56,197 bases of DNA from Craspedostauros australis (Eukaryota). Each line of letters starts with the position of its first letter. The stretch's first letter is position 1. This document shows, in pieces, positions 10,261-22,500 of this stretch. The stretch is from positions 1 through 56,197 of the forward strand of contig JALAGF010005687.1 in the NCBI GenBank assembly GCA_030167865.1, given 5' to 3'. Under the pieces are notes generated by a model that was not told the origin of the DNA, did no database searches, and was given only the letters and a program-made list of their open reading frames with translations. The translations under genes and the position numbers were made by a program.

Positions 10261-13194
10261 ATGAACGACGCCAACGAAGTCAAGGAGGATGCAGCTGCGG
10301 ACCGCGATGCCTCCAAACCAGAGGAGTTTTCGTTGGATGGGGCCAACCGGCTGCTGGAGCTGCTGCTCAGACGTGGATACTTCCACGATCATGCAGGCAA
10401 GGCAGGCATCCAGACGGAAATCGAAGGAGATGACTTGGAGACCTTTCGTCGCATGGAGGCTGGGGAAGCGATGGGAGGAGCTGCATCGTCAGCAGTGGAA
10501 GTGTCATCGTCAGCTCAATCAGCAATCATGGCATCAGCAACAGCCGCAACTACATCAATAGCAGATGCGACTCTTTCGACGCAGCCGCACAAACGCTACC
10601 AATTCAGCGACAAGGATTGTCGGTTGATCCCGCTGACTGGGGATGAGGCTCCAACTTCTACTTCGTCGTCTCCAATGTTCTGCACGAGAGAGGCGTTGGT
10701 CAAGCAGGTACACAAGTACCTGGAAGACAACCACCATCGCATGACCACGCATGATTTGTGCGGCGCCTTGCGGATACGCCCGGCTTGTCTCACTGGCCGG
10801 CTCATGGATCATTTGCCATCTCACATACAAATCATCAACGATGACCTCATTGGCAGCGAGTACTGGGACATCACGAAGCGATCCATTCAACAAGCCATCG
10901 TCTCCAAGGGCTCTCTTCCACTGAAAAGCATTGTCGACGATCTCAAACTTCCCCTGCATGTCGTCGAGGCCAATTGCATACCAGCATTGCAGCACACCTT
11001 CACGGATGATGCCGACGCTATCTTGCGACTGCAGAAGCCATCTGGGACCTGCTTCTGCTCCGGCGCAACGTTCGCGCAATTGAAGGCATCCGTCATCGCC
11101 ACCTTCCAAACGCTTCAGCAACCCACCAGCGTTCTCAAGCTATGCCAAGAGCACGACTGGGATCAAGCCTTCGTGGTGGATTGGATCCAGGACCCCGTCA
11201 TCAGCAAGGGCGATTTGCACTGCGACGACCTCACATCGGCACAGTTCATTCCCCACGCGCACACGCACCACACGCACGAATCCATCATGGCGCTGTACTC
11301 CGCCAACGGATTCGTCACGGCGGACCTCGCGGGACGATTGCATGGGGTTCTACCCAACGAGATGATGCAGATCATCCAACAGCAGGCGCCGGATGCCACC
11401 GTGCTGCAGGCCACGCATTGCGTTGTCGCGCCGCGCGTCCTGCAGGATCTGCAGATGGCGATGCTGGAGGCGGTGTCGTCCGAGTGCATGGTGGATCTGC
11501 AGGATCACGTGCCGTTGGAACTCCTCAACCAACCCAACGTCATCGAGCAGCTGCTCGAGCATTCGGATGTCGCGGAAGTATGCAACGACTGCCTGGTCAT
11601 TGTCGTGGAAGGCCAGGCCATCGCCAGCAGCAAGCGTCTCAACAAGAAGATCGTCGCGCAGGAGCTTTCCGACATCATCGAATCATATGCGAAGCAAAGG
11701 GCCGTCGAGATCGATGCCATCATTCAAGAGAAGTCATCGTCCGCGCACAAGCAGCATGACGCAGACAACGACGATGACGGTGGCCGCAAGCGCAGCAAAC
11801 GCAAAGGCAAACGCGATTCGAAACGCAAGTCGTCCACAAGCAACCATGCCGACAATGAACTCAACCCAAGCGAATTGGCTGGTGTCGCGCCGCTCTTGCA
11901 AGTGGTGGGCGCCGTCTCGCAGGCATATCCCATGCTGATTCCAGACGAATTCGAGGACGACCTGCTGGAACAGGCCATGGACCTCATCTGGGACAGCGAC
12001 GTCAACAGCGGCATCCTGGCGGTGGAGTTCTGCCGCCGCGTGGTCTATACACCCTCCTTCCAATCCAAATGCCAAAAGGCCGTCCTGGCCGAGCTCGACC
12101 GCCTGCGTTCCCTGCGAACCAGCAAGGCGTCCCTGAGTCGCAAGGACGCCGCCGCCAAAGTCCGCAGCGTCGAAGGCGCCTTTGAAGAATTCTACGTCGA
12201 TGCCTGCTACATGCTGCAGGCGGGTCACAAATTCATCCAGTACGCTGCCGATTCCCCCTTGATCGAAGACGGCGTCTTGCGGAGCGAGTTTCTGCGCGGA
12301 CCCTGCGCGGATCTCACGACGCGCCTCACGCAGTACGCGCTGTTCCAAGAGGAAGATGAGGCGGGCATCTTTTCGTTTGTGAGGCAATCGCCATCCGCAG
12401 GAGGTGCCAACACTACCGCTGGTGGCGCTGACGTTGGTGATGGTGGTGATGACAATGTCAACGAACGTGAAAGGTTGGATGATCATGCGGACAGCAACGA
12501 AATCAATGCAGGAGCAGGAACAGGAACAGCGGAAGCGCAGGTTGTGGACTACTGCCAGCCAGTTGACATTTCTGCAATCCACCACGTGGAGCCCTATTTC
12601 TCGTGCCCTCCACCCCGCGAACCACTTCCAGTCTTGAGGGAGACGCTGTCCAGCACCAACGGCGTCGCCTTGGCACGATTGTGGGTGCTGTGCGGTGGCG
12701 AGACCTATCTCGGAGGCACCCGCACCAACGAGCAGGACGGCAGCGTCTACGTGCGCCCCGGCAAGCTGGAAGAATTCATCGAGCAAGTGCAAGAGAACTG
12801 CCTCACCATTTGCGGCTTTCCGTTCAAAAAGTTGGACAAGAAGTCGGAAAAGCAGTTCCTGTTCCAACGTCGGCAGCAGCTGCAATCCAAGCTGCTTGTG
12901 GAACACAACGCGCGTGCGGTGCTGCAATGGACCGTGATGATCCTGTACCAGCAGGTCAAGCAGTACGTTGTGAGTGGCGACCTGTTGGTGGGGCCCATCC
13001 GGCAGATGCTGCAGAAGGAACGCAAGATTCCCCAGGCAGTATCCGAGTTATTGGAGCATGCGGCGCAGTTGTTGGAGCGCGATGAAGAGATGACCCATGA
13101 TGTCCTGGAAGCCGTGCGGGAGTGCGGCATGTGCAAGGACATTTCGAAGCATACGCCCGCGGATGTTGGGATTGGTGGCGGCAGTGATGCTTAG
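10261..13194 (+). CDS. UFL1: E3 UFM1-protein ligase 1 homologue
   Basis: About 977 aa, intronless. Winged-helix-like N-terminal region, basic low-complexity linker (KRSKRKGKR), and C-terminal block CGFPFKKLDKKSEKQFLFQRRQQLQSKL characteristic of UFL1. Confidence 0.75.
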   Translation: MNDANEVKEDAAADRDASKPEEFSLDGANRLLELLLRRGYFHDHAGKAGIQTEIEGDDLETFRRMEAGEAMGGAASSAVEVSSSAQSAIMASATAATTSIADATLSTQPHKRYQFSDKDCRLIPLTGDEAPTSTSSSPMFCTREALVKQVHKYLEDNHHRMTTHDLCGALRIRPACLTGRLMDHLPSHIQIINDDLIGSEYWDITKRSIQQAIVSKGSLPLKSIVDDLKLPLHVVEANCIPALQHTFTDDADAILRLQKPSGTCFCSGATFAQLKASVIATFQTLQQPTSVLKLCQEHDWDQAFVVDWIQDPVISKGDLHCDDLTSAQFIPHAHTHHTHESIMALYSANGFVTADLAGRLHGVLPNEMMQIIQQQAPDATVLQATHCVVAPRVLQDLQMAMLEAVSSECMVDLQDHVPLELLNQPNVIEQLLEHSDVAEVCNDCLVIVVEGQAIASSKRLNKKIVAQELSDIIESYAKQRAVEIDAIIQEKSSSAHKQHDADNDDDGGRKRSKRKGKRDSKRKSSTSNHADNELNPSELAGVAPLLQVVGAVSQAYPMLIPDEFEDDLLEQAMDLIWDSDVNSGILAVEFCRRVVYTPSFQSKCQKAVLAELDRLRSLRTSKASLSRKDAAAKVRSVEGAFEEFYVDACYMLQAGHKFIQYAADSPLIEDGVLRSEFLRGPCADLTTRLTQYALFQEEDEAGIFSFVRQSPSAGGANTTAGGADVGDGGDDNVNERERLDDHADSNEINAGAGTGTAEAQVVDYCQPVDISAIHHVEPYFSCPPPREPLPVLRETLSSTNGVALARLWVLCGGETYLGGTRTNEQDGSVYVRPGKLEEFIEQVQENCLTICGFPFKKLDKKSEKQFLFQRRQQLQSKLLVEHNARAVLQWTVMILYQQVKQYVVSGDLLVGPIRQMLQKERKIPQAVSELLEHAAQLLERDEEMTHDVLEAVRECGMCKDISKHTPADVGIGGGSDA

Positions 13195-13269
13195 AACACG
13201 ATAAGGGTAGGAAATTCAATTGAGTCTCTCATCAAGCTACTGCTCGTACTTTACTAGTGCTCGTCCTGT

Positions 13270-14631
13270 TTAGGCCGACGCTCCCTCCGTCGTGACCTTC
13301 TCCACCAACCGTTCCAACGTGATGCAATCCTCCCGATCGCTCCATTCGCATTCCAAGGTTTTCCCATTCAATGAAAACCGCACGACGTGCTCCGGTTCTG
13401 CATCCCCTTCCATCGCGGTCATCTCAACGAGCTCGATCTTGAGGAAGCTCCCGTACGGTGGCCATTCCTTGGGAGGGTTCAACCGGAATGCGCACAACAA
13501 CCCGATCAACGCCGAGTCGTGGGCGCTGTACAAATGCAGCGGAGGATGCTTTGCCGGAGATTGCAGATTCGTGATCAACGCAGTCGCGAAGGTGTTCATG
13601 GCGAGGTAGCTCAACCGCGGATGGCGCAAGCAATCGAACCACTTCTGTCCCAGGTACTGCATGATCTCATGCTGATCGGCGGCAGGGATGGTGGACGGCA
13701 GCAGATCCCGGACCTTGAGGCACTTGGTGATCTCGGCTAGCTGGGCCCATGGCAGCGGACGCTCGCTCACGGCACCGCCGTCATCGATCTCCTCGCCGAC
13801 GCCGAACTTCATGTCGAAGGCCCCGTCATCGAGCAGATGGCGCAGGGCGTCGGTCGTGCGCATCGCCAGCGGTTTCATGGCCTGTTCCTTCTGCGCGATG
13901 TGCGGTTGCGCCATGATCTGTTCCTCGAGATCCACCTGCTCCGTGGTGCGGCGTGGTTGCGGGTCTGGGATCATCCAGTGCGTGTGTCGCACGTCAATGT
14001 CGATGGTGGCGTCGCGGTTGTTGCCAGTTTGGGGCGGTTGCGCAACGCCATCCGGAAACAGACCCACGAGAACGCCTTGCACGCTCTGGATGGTCCTCGG
14101 GAAGTCGGTGGAGACGACGCGGACGTTCTCTGCCGACAGCGGCTTGCTGGGTCGGAAGATCGTGCTGCTGTGCAAGTTGCCATGCGGATCGGCGTGGAAG
14201 CGATCCTCGTCGGAATCGTGCTGCACGAGCTCCTCGCGCAGCTTGGTGCCCAGATCGACCATCTGGAAGAGACCCAGCTTGGTCAGCTTGCCGAATGGAC
14301 CGCGCCCACCGGCGGCGTGCTTGCTGGAAGCTTGCGTCGATGCATCTTCCTCCTTGCGAACGATGCGCGTGCCTTCCTCGATCTTCTCCAGCAGATCTGA
14401 CGGCACCAACGTGGATTCCCAGTATGCGGCGTCCTTCAGCGGCGTGATGGGAGTGCGGTCTCCATGCCGATGGACGATCTGAACCTGCAACGTGCGGTAT
14501 CGTTTGGGAGCCGTTGATCCTGGCAATGACGCGAAGCTGCGTCGCGCAGAACTCAGCAGCAGGAATGACGCAATGCCATTCCAGTGACATGAAACCATCG
14601 ATGGGAGCTTCATTTTGGAAGTTCGCCTCAT
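13270..14631 (-). CDS. Histidine acid phosphatase (branch 2), ACP6/lysophosphatidic-acid-phosphatase-like; possible mitochondrial presequence
   Basis: Catalytic VHRHGDRTP, GKLTKLG, STDFPRTIQS, LYSAHDS and WPPYGS. The N-terminus is basic/hydroxylated and contains ARRSFAS. Confidence 0.9.
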   Translation of the reverse strand: MRRTSKMKLPSMVSCHWNGIASFLLLSSARRSFASLPGSTAPKRYRTLQVQIVHRHGDRTPITPLKDAAYWESTLVPSDLLEKIEEGTRIVRKEEDASTQASSKHAAGGRGPFGKLTKLGLFQMVDLGTKLREELVQHDSDEDRFHADPHGNLHSSTIFRPSKPLSAENVRVVSTDFPRTIQSVQGVLVGLFPDGVAQPPQTGNNRDATIDIDVRHTHWMIPDPQPRRTTEQVDLEEQIMAQPHIAQKEQAMKPLAMRTTDALRHLLDDGAFDMKFGVGEEIDDGGAVSERPLPWAQLAEITKCLKVRDLLPSTIPAADQHEIMQYLGQKWFDCLRHPRLSYLAMNTFATALITNLQSPAKHPPLHLYSAHDSALIGLLCAFRLNPPKEWPPYGSFLKIELVEMTAMEGDAEPEHVVRFSLNGKTLECEWSDREDCITLERLVEKVTTEGASA

Positions 14632-15360
14632 GTGGGCGTTGCTTCACTTTGCGATTAGAATGGAGTAGAGTAGAGAGGTTTGTGGTGTTAGTGATTGTTA
14701 CTTGTTGATTTTGGCTTGTTGCCTTGTTGATTGCTGAACACGTGATGTTGGTGGAGATGATGAAGGGAGAACACAGATGGAGGATCGATGAAGTTGTCAC
14801 GAGAACGCAGGCGACGTGATGTGGTGGAAAGACACGGAGTCATCGAAAAAATGTTCCGTGGCGAATCTTGATCAGACGTCGTGTTTTTGTTTTTTCTGTG
14901 ATGGAATTGTATCACTGCTATTATCACTGATATATTTATGTAAAAAGAGCTCCGAAGCGGAATAATCGATTAGAATGAACACTATTGTGAAAGTCGAATG
15001 AGTCCAAAGTTGGTTTCTTCCATGGATGCTGGTGTTAGTCCATTTCTGGACCCGTTTCAGAGAGATGACGACACATCAACGAAAACAACGTCACCGCACA
15101 GATCGGACATCAATGACATCAGTTGGTCTCACCATGATCGGCTCATCTGCACAACATCACACACACGACACCAATACCAAGAGAGGGTGTCATCAATCTG
15201 CATCCTGCACGCACCCGTTCATCCGTTTTTCATTCAATCTTTGGCACTACCCCAGCAGTCAGCTTTCGTCGAAGAATCCGACTTGGTCCCTGTTCCTGAT
15301 TGGATTGTCCACAGTACTCGCACTCTCTCTCTCTCTACCTCGCACTCATACCGAATCACC

Positions 15361-16301
15361 ATGAAGACCTTCCTCACATGCATCGCGCAAGTCGCGTGGT
15401 TGTCGCAATCGATCGATGCCTTCTCGGTGGCGTCTGCCATCCCGACCACCTCCGCAAGATCCACCACCCGACTCTTCGAATCTGAATCGGAAGCCATCGC
15501 CGTGACATTGGAGAAGCCGTTGGGCATGATCTTGGAGGAGGTCGAAGAAGGCGAACCAAAGGGCGTCTACGTGCTGGAATTGGCGGAAGAAGGCTCGGCA
15601 GTCACGGCGCCGTACGCACTGCAAGGACTGGTGGTCTCCAAGGTGTCGGGGCAGGACTGCACGACCCTCGCTTTTGATGATGTCATGGAGAAATTGATCG
15701 AGGCCCCGTCGCCGGTCGAGCTCGAATTCATGGGCGCGGAAGCCGAAGACATGTTCCCCGTTGGCACGGCCGTGCAGATCAAGGTTCTGGAGGAAGGGGA
15801 TAAGGAGACCGTCATCGATGCCAAGGTCGGGGACAATTTGCGACAGACGCTGTTGGACAATCAGATTGAGGTCTACAAGGGCCTCAAGAAGAAGCTCGGC
15901 AACTGCGGCGGCGGTGGCCAATGCACATTCTGTGCAGCCGATTTCGTGGAGTCGGAAGGCTGGGCTGAGCGATCGGAGTACGAAGGTGAGTGCGCTGTGA
16001 GATTGCAATTGAAATTGGAGTTGGAAGACTCGAACGAATGGAGCTCAATACTGCCCATCTGTTACCTGCTCGACAAATGGAAAAGGGGATGCACCTGTAC
16101 CATTCAATATTCGTGCAGAGTCAACCAGGTGCACGAACGCACAAATGAACTCACAACTTTGTACCCAACACTCGCACTCTGTTGCACGCGTATTCTACGT
16201 CTTGTATTGCCTCTCGAACAGACAACAAGCTCAAGAAGTTCCCAAATGCCAGACTCTCATGTCTCAACAACATCCAGGGTCCGGCAACCATCAAGATTTA
16301 G
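15361..16301 (+). CDS. Plastid-targeted PDZ + 2Fe-2S ferredoxin-like protein (two exons: 15361-15985, 16222-16301)
   Basis: Signal ...SIDA|FSV. PDZ VTLEKPLGMILEE...GVYVLELAEEGSA. Ferredoxin GDNLRQTLL...LGNCGGGGQCTFC. The GTGAG...ACAG intron 15986-16221 splices in frame to DNKLKKFPNARLSCLNNIQGPATIKI*, which supplies the fourth Cys. Confidence 0.87.
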
Positions 16302-16556
16302 AGTAACGAATACTCCACAAACGAAATACTCACCCAACTCTCTCCAGAGAGAACTGCTATTGTTGCATCATAAATTGTGACATCCACATTACCGGCCTTG
16401 CATCGCCGTTTGCGCATATTCTTGTTCCTGTTGTGCTATTAGTCAATGGTGTTGTGAAGAGTGTTCACACTGCGGACCTGTTGTGATCAGTAATTGCAGA
16501 GTACCGTAGATTACGCTACGATCAATTATGCTACACTTTGCATCACAATGACTTTT

Positions 16557-19500
16557 TTAGAAGCTAGCTTTCCCGCTGTTCTCCTTCCCGTTCCTCTTCG
16601 TCTTGTCAAGCTTGTCGAGCAGGCGCAGCAACCGTGATTTCTTGGCAACTTCCGATCCTTCTGTCAGACCGGCCGCCGAGGATGCAGACGACGTAGATGA
16701 TCGCCTTCCGTTCCTCAGGCGCGATTTTAGCGTCACCAGCTTCTCGCGCGTGATCTCGAGCTGCTTGGAGAGTGCCATGGCGGACTGCTCCTGCTGTGAT
16801 GACGCCAGCGATGCGCTCGTTGCGCAGGTCCATTTGCGGAAGGCGACAGCCTTTTCGCTGCTGCTCCTGCGTTCCAACGTTCCCATCATCATCCGGGCGG
16901 CTGCCAGCTTCGTTTCAGATCTGTTGGAGTTGTGCAGCGAGGACACGGAGACGACTGAGATGGGTCGGCGTGTCACGTTCGAGCTCGAAAGCTTCTGCTC
17001 GGCGTGGATGCGTCTCTGCCGCTCCGATGTGAGCTTTGTCTCCAGCTCCGTCACATCCATGTCCATGCTCTGGATCCTTCGTTCCAGTGAAAGCCTTTCG
17101 CTTTCGAGCTGCGACACCAACGCCTCCATCTCTGAAAACAGCTGGTCCTTCTCCCGCAGACTGATGTTGGCGAATTCCAGATCCTTCGTCATCTCGTGCA
17201 TCTGCTCTTCCAGGATTTGAATCGATCGTTGCAGAGCGTCCGTGTCCACCCCTTGGCCGTGCTGTTGCTCCGGCGATCTTGGTTCCGACCTCGATGCCTT
17301 CATCGGCGTAAGGATGTCATCATGGAGGATACGCTTCACGTCCTCGCATTTCTCCTTCAACCTCGCCGTCTCGTTCTCTGCGCCGTTGCTCCCCTTTCTC
17401 CCCGGCGTCGACAGCAACGAGGACGGCTGCAGCTCTCTGCTGGCAACCAGCTGACGATCGCCATCCTTCCACCGCTCGAACTCCTCCTTCTTGCTCTCGA
17501 TCGACACGAAATGGTCGGAGATCATCACCACGACATCGTCCAGACAGCTGCGAACGTCGCGTGCTCCGACTTTCTCGATGCCAGCAAGATCCAGCGATGG
17601 TAGATACCGCTGCGCAGTCAGCTGCTCATTCAGATTCTGGATTGTGAGAGTCTTCATCATCACCGCCTCATGGAGGCTGGTGAAGTCGTTGATGGTGGCG
17701 CGCACGAACTCCAGGAGGTGGTTGCGTGACATGTTTAGCTTGGAAGTTTCGCTTCGTTCGCGTTGCAGGCATGTGGAAGCAGCCGACAGCCGCGACGAAA
17801 GATCGTTGATCTCAAGGTGCAGCTTGACGATGTCGTCGTCGTCATCATCATTCCCCCACGAAGTGCGCTGCGCGTCTGATTCAGACAGCATCACGCAGTC
17901 TGATTTCAAGCGAGAGACAGTGGCTTCCATCACATCAAGCTGCGAATGGCAGTGCTCCAATTCGAGCTTCTTGTTCGCCAGGTCCTTTTCGATGTGACGC
18001 TTGGTGTGTTCGCACTCATCGAAGGAAGATTGCGTTGCCTTCAGCTTGGCCTTGAGGTCCTTCTGAACTTGCTTCTGCTCGTCGTACCGTTCCTGCATCG
18101 ACTCGCACACGCGCTCGAGGTGTGAGATCTTGCGCAGGTGCTCTCCGACCGCTTCCTCGCACTCATCCTTCTCGGTGAGCACCGCGTCTCGCTCCGCGCG
18201 CAGGACTTCCAGTCTCTGCTGCATGTCTTGGACCTGTTCCAGATGCTTCACTCCTGCTGTTTGCACGGATTCGAGGAGGGAGTCCACATGCTCAGAACGC
18301 GAAGCTGCGTCCTGGGTCGCTTCGGCCAAGCCGCACTCGAGGCTCTTGATCTTCGCCTTGTGAGATGCGAGCACCCTCGAGGCTTCGGCAAGTTCCATCG
18401 CGAGCTGTTCGCGAACCTCCCGTTGCTGCTGGCTCTCAAGTTGCTCCTTCTCGATTTCCAGTCTGCGGGCTTCCACTTCGGCATTGCTTGCTTGCAACGA
18501 ATGCAGCAGCTCGTTTTCGTTTTGCTTCGCATGTGACAAGAGCTGCTGGAGATCATCGCATTCGGTTGCTTTGCTATGCAACTGGGTTTCCAGTGCATCC
18601 ATTTCCGCATTCGCCTTTTCCATCAACTTCGTGGTGGCTTCCGAATCGGAAATGACCTCATGGAGCTGGATCTCAAGCGACTGAACTCGCGCAGCGCTTC
18701 GCTTCGCGTCATTCGCAGCTTCCATGGCCTTGATCTTCTGGCCATTGCCTAGCAGTTGCAAAGCGATGGCCTCAGCCAGCAGTCCCTTGATGCAGACCTG
18801 GAGCGGTTGCACTTCACGCTCGTGGCGTTCGACCATCTCTCGCTGTGTCTCAGACATCATTTCGATCTCTGTAGCAAGATTCTCGATGTACACGGACAGG
18901 CCTGCGTTCTCGGAGAGTCGTCGATTGAGGTCGGCACGAAGCTTGTCAGCGACTGCGGCTTGTTCCGCAACGCTCTCTTCTGATCGTTGCATCTCCGCTT
19001 CGCGCTGCGCCTTGGAGTCTCGCAGCGAGGCGATCGTCATCTCCAGCTTCTTGTTCGTGTGCTGCAGGTTCTTCAACTCGTCCGACAGCGAAGAGGATCG
19101 TGTCTGCAGCATTGAGATCTGCTTTTGGAAGTTCTCATTAGTCTCTGTGTGCTGGATGAGAGTTTCCTCAGCTGCCTTCAGCTTCTGCTTGAGACCACCT
19201 CGGCTCTCGCCTGCGTCAAACTCATCCGAGAGGTCGCTGCATTGGCTTCCTTGCGTGGACTCCTCCAGCTCTTCATTTATCATCAGGAGCTCGCACCGGA
19301 GATCGGCCAGGTCATTCTCGACCGCTTTCAGCGACTTCTTGAGCTGCTCATTGTCGTGCTTCAGCTTCGTTGCCACCTTGTGCTCATTATTGGACGAATG
19401 AACCGCGGTTGCCAATTCGATCTTCATCGACTCGACTTGCGAAAGCGTCTCATGGTACATGCGCTCGCTTGCGTCTCGGTCGCGTACGACCTTGGCGATG

Positions 19501-22500
19501 GTTTGGTCGTGTTCGGTGCGCACAGCGTCAAGCTCCTCCTGTTGCGTCTGCTTGAGCTGCTCCAGTTCAATCATGCTGTCGTTACGGCGAGCCGTTTCGG
19601 TTTGCAGCTCCTGCCTTGCTGAGTCGAGGCGAGATCTGGTGTCCGATAGCTCGGTCTTTGTCTGCGTCAAGTCCAGTTGCAGGGAGTCAACTCGCTGTTG
19701 GAGGCAATGCTTGGCTGCCTCGTGCGACAGTGTGGCGTCTTCGAGATCCTCCTGACACTTCTCGAGTTGGGATTTCAGATCCGTTGAACTCTTGTCGTTG
19801 GCCTGCATGTCCAGCAGCTGCTTCTCCTTGAATTGGTTGAGCACGGCGTGCTCCTCGTCGATGATCTCTTCCAGCTCCATGACTCTCTGATTCGCCACGG
19901 TCAGGTCCTTTGCGGCGGCTTGATTGCGGAGAGTCAACGATCTGATGTCCTCGGAGAGCTTGTGATGGATGCACTCGTTCTCGTTGCGTTCTGCGTTCCT
20001 GTTCTTGTGGACAGTTTCCAGCTCCTGCTTTGCACATTCGATCTCCATCTCCAACCTCTCAAGCTCGCCAGCATGTATGTCGTTGCTGTCCAGCTGTTGC
20101 AGTTGGAGCGCGGAAATCTCGCTTTCCAGAGTCTTGTTCTCGCTCTCAAGCTGCCTGCAGGTGCCTTCTAGATCATCGATGTGCGCATGGAGTTGTTGAT
20201 CCTCCTTCGCCTTGTCATGCTTGAGTTCCTTGATCTTCAGCTCGCTGTACACCAGCTCGGTCTTGGCCGCATTGAAGTCTTCCTGAAGTAGCGCAAGCTC
20301 ATCGGTGACCTCCGCGTGGCGCTGCTGCACAAGCTCGAGGTCGCTGACAATTTGTGAATTCAAATTGTACAGATCATCGAGCTCATCTGCTTGGCATGTG
20401 AACTGATGTTGCAGCGCTGCCATGCAAATAGATTTGTGCGTCAGCGAGTCCTTCAATCCATCGACGCTCGCCTGGAGTCCATGGGCAGATGCTTCAGCCT
20501 CGAGCTTGGCCTCATGACTGGCCTTCTGCATGTCGAGGAGATGGTGCATCATTCGTTGCAACGCATCTTGCTGCTTCTTGTTGGCCTTGCTCAAGGCTTG
20601 GATCTTGGTGTCGCGGGTCATGAGCTGGACAATATTCGCCGCGATCTCATCCTCCTTGGTGGACAAATCGATACGCAGCTGGTCGCTGCTGCGTGCCTCC
20701 GATTGCGTCGCCCGCTCCTTCTGTTCGCAAGTGTGCAGCAGACGGGCCTTTTCTGCCGTGAGTTCTTCGATGATGTGCTTCAACGTCGCGATGGTCGTTG
20801 TTGCCGAAGCGTTATCACGCTCCAAAGTGGCGATGCGTTGCTGCAGATGCATGGCCGTCGTTTGCAGGCGTTGCTGGTTTTCCTCGGCGGATAGCTCACG
20901 CTGCTGGGAGTCCTTGAGGTCATCCTCGAGATCGTGCACCTTGGCCTTCAGCTCCCCATTGTGGAGGGTGGCAGCGCTCAATGATTCACGCAGTTGGGCG
21001 TTCTGCGATGAAGACCTCGCGAGATTTGTCTTGATGTCGTCGGTGATGGCAGAATTGGATTGCTTCAGATCATCCACCTCCGCCAGGAGGTTACGAACCT
21101 CAGCCGTGGAGCTTTCGAGTTCGGTCTCCAGCCGATTCATGTCGTACTCGGATTCGGTGACCATCTTCATCGCGGTGGACAGCTCCTTCTCAAGGACGGA
21201 TTTGTTCGCCTCGAGAATCGATATGGTGGATTCATGACCTTCTGCTTGTTTGCGCACCTCATCGATCTCGGCCGTGGAATTGTCGAGCTGCTGCGTTGCA
21301 TCGCTCAGCTCCTTCGTGACATGGTTCAGCCTCGTTTCCAGCGCCGAGATGAGGGTGGCAGTTGCTGCCTCAACCTCGTCGAGGTTGCGCAGGCCCCCTG
21401 TCCTCTCTGGTGTGAAGGATGCGGCGCATGCCAAAGATGAAGTTTTTGGATGATCCAAGGGCACCTTTTTGATGTGTGCGGTTGGCATCGATAGCTTTTC
21501 AGCCATCTTGTGGATGCTCGACAGAACCTGTCTACCCTTTGCCTCGTTTGACTTCACTGACTTCTCCAGATCGGCGCGAAGATCTTGATTCTCATCTTCG
21601 GCGGAGCGTAGCTGGGTGCGAAGGTCTGAAATCTCTTTCTGCTGCAGTACCAGCTGGTTTTCGGTGTCCTGGAACTCATCTTGCGCCTTGGCCGCTTGCA
21701 TGACCAAATCGTCGTTCCTTGATTCCACCTCGTCGACCCGCTGCTGTAGCGCGGACGCCTTCGTCGTCAGGCTTTGCTTGTCTTTGGCCAAGCTCTCAAT
21801 CTCGGCGATGTGGGCTTTCTTCTGCTCCGCTGCATTTTGCAAGTCTTGTTCAACACGAAGCAACCGATCCGCCTTCTCTCTCGCGTCTTGTTCGAGGGTT
21901 GCCATAGCGTCCTGATGCTGCTTAAGCTCGTCGGAAGATGCTTGACAGACGCTGGTCAAGCGCTCGTTCTCCTTGGCCATGTCGTCCATCTCTGCCCGCA
22001 ATCGACAGCATTGTGCGTTCGCGCTGTCGATCTCCATCTTGTGCTGTTGCACGAGTTGCAATGCCTGAAGTTCGGACTGTTCGTGCAATTGACGAAGATC
22101 CTCGAGCTCTTGTTGCTTTTGCACAGCGTCGCTGCCAAGGGATGCTTGAACGGTCCTTAATCTGCTGTTTGCAGCTTCCAACTCCTCCAAGCGCTCGCTG
22201 TTGACTTTCTCGTTCGTTTCCAGCGTGCGGGTGAGCTGATCGATTTCATCTCGCAGCGCGCATTCCGTCTTCTGCGCCTCCTCCTCAGCTTGTTGTTTGT
22301 TGGATTTGATTTGCTGCAAGGTCAGAGTCTGCCGCTCCAGTTCCTGCGCCAGCTGCTCACGTTGCTGCTTTTCGGCATCCAGCAGCTGAACCAGCTCCGT
22401 CTTCTGCGCTTCCGCGGTGTCGTTTCCTTGAACCAGCTGCGATGATTTCTGTCGTTCATCCACCAGCCGTTCCTCTGCCTGGTCAAGTTCGCACTGCTGA

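Noticed and set aside
14998..16380. 460-aa ORF-track translation as the real protein
   Set aside because: The region upstream of 15361 looks like promoter/UTR and precedes a clear signal peptide. The 3' part reads through an intron and loses the fourth Fe-S Cys.
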